Both the position numbers and the translations under genes were made by a program. The notes beneath the pieces were generated by a model. That model was not told the DNA's origin. It did not search any database and saw nothing but the letters and a program-made list of their open reading frames with translations. From positions 5,630-69,629 of the forward strand of contig NZ_DAOMOQ010000014.1 in assembly GCF_035444425.1 (NCBI RefSeq): 64,000 nucleotides of DNA. Reading direction: 5' to 3'. Numbering within the stretch: position 1 is the stretch's first letter; each line of letters opens with the position of its first letter. This DNA comes from Ottowia sp. (GTDB lineage: Bacteria; Pseudomonadota; Gammaproteobacteria; Burkholderiales; Burkholderiaceae_C). Shown one piece after another: positions 58,838 through 64,000 of the stretch.

Positions 58838-59637
58838 GCCCGGCACCACGCCCCCTGGCGGGGCAGACCGCCTTCGTCTCGGGCTCGACCGCTGGCATCG
58901 GCCTGGCCATCGCCCAGGCCCTGCTGGCCGACGGCGCCCATGTGGTGCTCAACGGCCGCGGCGAGGCGTCGGTGCAGCGCGCCCTGCAGACCCTGCGCCA
59001 ACAGCACCCGCAGGCCGAGGTGTCGGGCATCGCCGCCGACCTGGGCACCGCCGCCGGCTGCGAGCAGGTGGCGACCCGGCTGGCCGATGTGGACATCCTG
59101 GTCAACAACCTCGGCATCTTCGAGCCCAAGCCCTTCGAGCAGATCGCCGACGCCGACTGGCAGCACCTGTTCGAGGTCAACGTGATGAGCGGCGTGCGCC
59201 TCGCCCGCGCCGCGCTGCCCGGCATGCTGACGCGCAACCGCGGCCGCATCGTCTTCATCTCCAGCGAGTCGGGCATCTGCCCGCCGGCCGAGATGGTGCA
59301 TTACGGCATGAGCAAGTCGGCCCAGCTGTCCGTGGCACGCGGCCTGGCCGAGTGCTGCGCCGGCACCGCCGTCACGGTCAACAGCGTGCTGCCCGGCCCC
59401 ACGCTGACCGAAGGCGCACGCGCTTTCTTCGACACGCTCGCCGCGCAGCAGGGCCTGAGCTTCGACGAAGCCGCGGCCCGCTTCTTCCGCGACGCGCGCC
59501 CCACCTCGCTGCTGCGCCGCTTCATCCGCCCCGACGAGGTGGCGGCCATGGTGGCCTACGTCTGCAGCCCGCAGGCCAGCGCCACCACCGGCGCCGCGCT
59601 GCGGGTGGACGGTGGCGTGGTGCGCACGCTCACCTGA
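58834..59637 (+). CDS. Short-chain dehydrogenase/reductase (267 aa)
   Basis: [17 protein letters not shown] (YxxxK) and VNSVLPGPT; ATGA overlap with the ABM gene. Confidence 0.9.
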   Translation: MSPAPRPLAGQTAFVSGSTAGIGLAIAQALLADGAHVVLNGRGEASVQRALQTLRQQHPQAEVSGIAADLGTAAGCEQVATRLADVDILVNNLGIFEPKPFEQIADADWQHLFEVNVMSGVRLARAALPGMLTRNRGRIVFISSESGICPPAEMVHYGMSKSAQLSVARGLAECCAGTAVTVNSVLPGPTLTEGARAFFDTLAAQQGLSFDEAAARFFRDARPTSLLRRFIRPDEVAAMVAYVCSPQASATTGAALRVDGGVVRTLT

Positions 59638-59669
59638 ACCTTTTTTCTTCTTCCCCCAGGAGTCAACCC

Positions 59670-60584
59670 ATGACCAAAAAAATCAAGTGCGCCCTGATCG
59701 GGCCCGGCAACATCGGCACCGACCTGCTGGCCAAGCTGCAGCGCAGCCCCTTGCTCGAACCCGTGTGGATGGTGGGCATCGATCCCAACTCCGACGGTCT
59801 CAAGCGCGCCAAGGAGATGGGCATCAAGACCACCGCCGAGGGTGTGGACGGCCTGATCCCGCACATGAAGGCCGACGGTGTGCAGATCGTGTTCGACGCC
59901 ACCAGCGCCTACGTGCACGCCGAGAACTCGCGCAAGGTCAATGAGCAGGGCGCGATGATGATCGACCTCACGCCCGCCGCCATCGGCCCCTACTGCGTGC
60001 CGCCGGTCAACCTCAAGCAGCACGTCGGCCAGCGCGAGATGAATGTGAACATGGTCACCTGCGGCGGCCAGGCCACCATCCCCATGGTCTACGCGGTCAG
60101 CCGCGTGCAGCCGGTGAGCTACGGCGAGATCGTCGCCACCGTGTCCAGCAAATCGGTCGGTCCCGGCACGCGCAAGAACATCGACGAGTTCACCCGCACC
60201 ACGGCCGGCGCGGTCGAGAAGGTGGGCGGCGCCAAGAAGGGCAAGGCCATCATCGTGATCAACCCGGCCGAGCCGCCGCTGATCATGCGCGACACGGTGC
60301 ACTGCCTGGTCGAAGGCACGCCCGACGAGGCCGCGATCACGAAGTCGGTGCACGACATGATCAAGGAAGTGCAGAAGTACGTGCCGGGCTACAAGCTGGT
60401 CAACGGCCCCGTCTTCGACGGCAACCGCGTCTCGGTCTTCATGGAGGTCGAGGGCCTGGGCGACTACCTGCCCAAGTACGCCGGCAACCTGGACATCATG
60501 ACCGCCGCCGCCGCGCGCACCGCCGAGATGTTTGCCGAAGAAATCCTGAAGGGCGAGCTCGTGCTCGAACCCGTCGCCGCCTGA
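59670..60584 (+). CDS. dmpF: Acetaldehyde dehydrogenase (acylating)
   Basis: [22 protein letters not shown] and YAGNLDIMT. Confidence 0.96.
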   Translation: MTKKIKCALIGPGNIGTDLLAKLQRSPLLEPVWMVGIDPNSDGLKRAKEMGIKTTAEGVDGLIPHMKADGVQIVFDATSAYVHAENSRKVNEQGAMMIDLTPAAIGPYCVPPVNLKQHVGQREMNVNMVTCGGQATIPMVYAVSRVQPVSYGEIVATVSSKSVGPGTRKNIDEFTRTTAGAVEKVGGAKKGKAIIVINPAEPPLIMRDTVHCLVEGTPDEAAITKSVHDMIKEVQKYVPGYKLVNGPVFDGNRVSVFMEVEGLGDYLPKYAGNLDIMTAAAARTAEMFAEEILKGELVLEPVAA

Positions 60585-60597
60585 TCCGGAGCACCCC

Positions 60598-61638
60598 ATG
60601 AGCCAGCAAAAAATCACCCTGCACGACATGACCCTGCGCGACGGGATGCACCCCAAGCGCCACCTGATGACGCTCGAACAGATGAAGAGCATCGCCTGCG
60701 GCCTCGACGCCGCCGGTGTGCCGCTGATCGAGGTCACCCACGGCGACGGCCTGGGCGGCTCCAGCGTCAACTACGGCTTCCCGGCCCACTCCGACGAGGA
60801 GTACCTGGGCACCGTGATCCCGCTGATGAAGCAGGCCAAGGTCTCGGCCCTGCTGCTGCCCGGCATCGGCACCGTCGACCACCTGAAGATGGCGCACGGC
60901 CTGGGCGTGCACACCATCCGCGTGGCCACGCACTGCACCGAAGCCGACGTGAGCGAGCAGCACATCACCTTCGCCCGAAAGCTCGACATGGACACCGTGG
61001 GCTTCCTGATGATGGCCCACATGAACAGCCCCGAAGGCCTGGTGAAACAGGCCAAGCTGATGGAGGGCTATGGCGCCAACTGCATCTACATCACCGACTC
61101 GGCCGGCTACATGCTGCCCGCCGACGTGAAGGCCCGCCTGCAGGCCGTGCGCGACGCGCTCAAGCCCGAGACCGAGCTGGGCTTCCACGGCCACCACAAC
61201 CTGGCCATGGGCGTGGCCAACTCGGTCGCCGCCATTGAATGTGGCGCCACCCGCATCGACGCTGCCGCCGCCGGCCTGGGCGCGGGCGCAGGCAACACGC
61301 CGATGGAAGTGCTGGTCGCCGTGCTCGACCGCATGGACGTGCAGACCGGTGTGGACGTCTGGAAGATCCAGGACGTGGCCGAAGACCTGGTCACGCCCAT
61401 CATGGACTTCCCGATCCGCATCGACCGCGACGCGCTCACGCTGGGCTACGCCGGCGTGTACGGCAGCTTCCTGCTGTTCGCCAAACGCGCCGCCGTCAAG
61501 TACGGCCTGTCGGCGCGCGACATCCTGGTCGAACTGGGCCGCAAGAAGATGGTCGGTGGCCAGGAAGACATGATCGAAGACACGGCCATGACCATGGCTC
61601 GCGCGCGAGATGCGCGCGAGCAGAAAAAAGCGGCCTGA
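60598..61638 (+). CDS. dmpG: 4-hydroxy-2-oxovalerate aldolase
   Basis: [22 protein letters not shown] and HGHHNL. Confidence 0.96.
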   Translation: MSQQKITLHDMTLRDGMHPKRHLMTLEQMKSIACGLDAAGVPLIEVTHGDGLGGSSVNYGFPAHSDEEYLGTVIPLMKQAKVSALLLPGIGTVDHLKMAHGLGVHTIRVATHCTEADVSEQHITFARKLDMDTVGFLMMAHMNSPEGLVKQAKLMEGYGANCIYITDSAGYMLPADVKARLQAVRDALKPETELGFHGHHNLAMGVANSVAAIECGATRIDAAAAGLGAGAGNTPMEVLVAVLDRMDVQTGVDVWKIQDVAEDLVTPIMDFPIRIDRDALTLGYAGVYGSFLLFAKRAAVKYGLSARDILVELGRKKMVGGQEDMIEDTAMTMARARDAREQKKAA

Positions 61639-61650
61639 GGAACGCACCCT

Positions 61651-62628
61651 ATGCAACGCAGAGATTTCATCGCCTCCGTGGGGGCCGGCCTGGCCCTGGC
61701 ACCCGCCGCTGGTTGGTCGCAGGACGCCTACCCCGCCCGTCCCGTCAAGCTCATCGTGCCCTTCCCACCGGGTGGACCCACCGACATCATGGGCCGCACC
61801 GCCGCCAAGGCCATGGGCGACGCGCTGGGCCAGTCCTTCGTGGTCGAGAACAAGGCCGGCGCCGGCGGCAACATCGGCACCGACGCGGTGGCCAAGGCCG
61901 CACCGGACGGCTACACCATCGGGCTGTCGGCCATCAGCAGCCTGGCCATCGCGCCCTACCTCTACGACAAGCTGCCGTTCCAGGTGGAAAAGGACTTCGC
62001 CCCGATCTCGCTGGTGGGCACCACGCCCTGCGTGATCGTCGTGCACCCGAGCGCACCGTTCGCCGACCTCAAGGGTCTGGTGGCCTACGCCAAGGCCAAC
62101 CCGGGCAAGCTCGGCTACGCCACGTCCGGCATCGGCACCAGCAACCACCTGGCGGCCGAGCTGCTGCAGTCGGTGGCCGGCATCGAACTCACCAACATCC
62201 CCTACAAGGGGTCGAGCCAGATCGTGCCGGACCTGCTCTCGGGCACGGTGATCATGAGCATGGAAAGCTCGCTGGCCACCACCTTGCAGCACATCCGCAG
62301 CGGCAAGCTCAAGGCGCTGGCCGTCACCTCGCCCACGCGCGCCAAGGCCCTGCCGGACGTACCGACCGTGGCCGAGTCCGGTTACCCCGGCTTCGCGGTG
62401 GAGACCTGGTTCGGCCTGGTCGCCCCCGCCGCCACCCCGGCCGCCGTCGTGCAGAAGCTGCACGACGCCTGGGCCAAAGGCGCCAAGACCGCCGAGGCCC
62501 AGGCCGCGTTCGACAACATCTCCGGCAACCTGCGCGTCACCACGCCCCAGGAGTTCGACGCCTTCATCAAGGCCGAGAACAACCGCTGGGGTGCCCTGAT
62601 CCGCAAGCTGGACATCAAAGCCAACTGA
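61651..62628 (+). CDS. Bug/TctC-family tripartite tricarboxylate transporter receptor
   Basis: Tat-like RR leader, YPARPVKLIVPFPPGGPTD, VENKAGAGG, PYKG and PDVPTVAE. Confidence 0.92.
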   Translation: MQRRDFIASVGAGLALAPAAGWSQDAYPARPVKLIVPFPPGGPTDIMGRTAAKAMGDALGQSFVVENKAGAGGNIGTDAVAKAAPDGYTIGLSAISSLAIAPYLYDKLPFQVEKDFAPISLVGTTPCVIVVHPSAPFADLKGLVAYAKANPGKLGYATSGIGTSNHLAAELLQSVAGIELTNIPYKGSSQIVPDLLSGTVIMSMESSLATTLQHIRSGKLKALAVTSPTRAKALPDVPTVAESGYPGFAVETWFGLVAPAATPAAVVQKLHDAWAKGAKTAEAQAAFDNISGNLRVTTPQEFDAFIKAENNRWGALIRKLDIKAN

Positions 62629-62645
62629 CCCAGGAGACCACCACC

Positions 62646-62837
62646 ATGCCGTTCGCACAGATCTACATACTCGAAGGCCGCACGCCCGAGCAGAAGAAGG
62701 CCGTGATCGAGAAGGTCACCCAGGCGCTGCACGAGGCCATCGACGCGAAGAAGGAAACCATCCGCGTCTGGATCCACGAAATGCCCAAGGAGAACTGGGG
62801 CATCGCGGGCGTCAGCGCCAAAGACCTCGGCCGCTGA
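62646..62837 (+). CDS. dmpI: 4-oxalocrotonate tautomerase (63 aa)
   Basis: Pro-1 (MPFAQI), EGRT, and R..I.E..KENWGIAG; GGAG RBS. It is the tail of a longer track ORF. Confidence 0.93.
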   Translation: MPFAQIYILEGRTPEQKKAVIEKVTQALHEAIDAKKETIRVWIHEMPKENWGIAGVSAKDLGR

Positions 62838-62875
62838 CCAGGACCGGAATCGCCGCCCAGCGCTACCAGGGGCGC

Positions 62876-63128
62876 GTGGTGCAGGCGGCCCTGCAGGCCC
62901 ATGGCCGCGTCGACGCGTCGGTGCACAACGTGGGCGGCACCATCTGGGTGCGTCTCGCCCGGTGCCATCGACAACGGCCAGCGCATCGTGCCGCGCAACC
63001 CGCAGCCGCTGAGCGAGGCCGAGACCGGCTGGATGAAAGCCATCTACACCCAGTTGCTGCGCGACACGCCGATGAACCGCCTGGGCACACCAGAAGAGAT
63101 CGCCGCGGACTTGGCGGCCGGGTGGTGA
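62876..63128 (+). pseudogene. BenD/XylL-like cis-diol dehydrogenase relic with a large internal deletion
   Basis: HGRVDASVHNVGGTIW in one frame is joined to VSPG..RIVPRNPQPLSEAETGW..PMNRLGTPEEIA in another; no Rossmann or YxxxK segment. Confidence 0.65.
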
Positions 63129-63171
63129 CAATGGGACACACCCTGTTCACCACACCCCGAGGAGAAGGCCC

Positions 63172-64000
63172 TTGAACGCTGCCCACCTGTCGCTGGCCGA
63201 GCACGCCGCCCGCCTGCGCCGCCGCGAACTGACGGCGGTGGCCCTGATCGACACCTGCGCGCAACACCACGCGCGCATGGAACCCCGGCTCAACGCCTAC
63301 AAGACCTGGGACGGCGCGCGCGCCCGCAGCGCCGCCGCTGCGGTCGACACCCTGCTGGACCAGGGCCAGGACCTGGGCCCGCTGATGGGCTTGCCGGTGT
63401 CGGTGAAGGACCTGTACGGCGTGCCCGGCCTGCCGGTGTTTGCGGGCAGCGACGAGGCCCTGCCCGAAGCCTGGCAGGCGGCCGGCCCGCTGGTCGCGCG
63501 GCTGCAGCGGCAACTGGGCATCGTGGTCGGCAAGACGCACACGGTCGAGTTCGCGTTCGGGGGTCTTGGCGTCAACGCCCACTGGGGCACGCCCCGGAAC
63601 CCCTGGTCACCCCACGAGCACCGCGTGCCAGGCGGGTCCAGCGCGGGCGCGGGCGTCTCGCTGGTGCAGGGCAGCGCCCTGCTGGCGCTGGGCACCGACA
63701 CCGCCGGTTCGGTGCGCGTGCCCGCGTCCATGACCGGACAGGTGGGCCTGAAGACCACCGTGGGGCGCTGGCCGGTCGAAGGCATCGTGCCCCTGTCGTC
63801 CTCGCTCGACACCGCGGGCGTGCTCACCCGCACGGTGGAAGACCTGGCCTACGCGTTCGCCGCCCTCGACACAGAGAGCCAGGGCCTGCCCGCGCCTGCC
63901 CCGGTGCGCGTGCAAGGACTGCGCGTCGGCGTGCCGACCAACCACTTCTGGGACGACATCGACCCGAGCATCGCCGCCGCCGTGGAAGCGGCCGTTCAGC
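63172..64000 (+). CDS. Amidase-signature family protein (CnbH-like), runs off the window
   Basis: TTG start after GAGGAGA; open frame to the window end: MNAAHLSLAEH..PVSVKDLY..PGGSSAG..GTDTAGSVRVPA (Lys-cisSer-Ser triad). It is absent from the ORF track because it has no stop in the window. Confidence 0.88.
   Translation, partial: MNAAHLSLAEHAARLRRRELTAVALIDTCAQHHARMEPRLNAYKTWDGARARSAAAAVDTLLDQGQDLGPLMGLPVSVKDLYGVPGLPVFAGSDEALPEAWQAAGPLVARLQRQLGIVVGKTHTVEFAFGGLGVNAHWGTPRNPWSPHEHRVPGGSSAGAGVSLVQGSALLALGTDTAGSVRVPASMTGQVGLKTTVGRWPVEGIVPLSSSLDTAGVLTRTVEDLAYAFAALDTESQGLPAPAPVRVQGLRVGVPTNHFWDDIDPSIAAAVEAAVQ

Overview
High-GC betaproteobacterial DNA (Burkholderiales, Comamonadaceae-like by protein style; inference) in three blocks. 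(1) 1-33.9 kb is chromosomal backbone. It holds map, glnD, a cupin, hrpA, a livKHMGF ABC transporter and a form-II coxSLM-like molybdo-hydroxylase cluster with coxD/E/G, xdhC and a mocA-like gene plus a divergent GAF-Fis regulator. It continues with argA, dsbB, an FMN reductase, an IclR-MBL-FAD monooxygenase-DUF2783-VOC cluster, and a Rieske/FAD reductase-CMD-DUF488 operon. (2) 33.9-43.7 kb is nested mobile DNA. A ybjQ-like gene is cut by a Tn21-type end, whose tnpA is cut by an IS21-family element, whose istB is cut by a GAGGG-tipped Tn3-family end carrying tnpT-res-tnpS. A copK pseudogene, a Cu(I)-type P1B-ATPase, an intact IS3-family element and an IS5 remnant follow. (3) 43.7-64 kb is a multicomponent phenol hydroxylase and catechol meta-cleavage cluster with three regulators (GntR, DmpR/XylR-type, CatR-like LysR). 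It carries extra genes (GlcG/HbpS, ABM membrane protein, SDR, Bug receptor), a benD-like relic and an amidase that runs off the window. No rRNA, tRNA or CRISPR array was seen. The most interesting signals are a dispersed repeat inserted twice in frame inside hrpA, a stop-codon-anchored structured repeat with compensatory base changes, a MITE, the triple-nested transposon ends, and the MBL/FMO/DUF2783/VOC cluster. Family assignments come from motif reading and recall; no database search was run. Start codons were chosen by eye.
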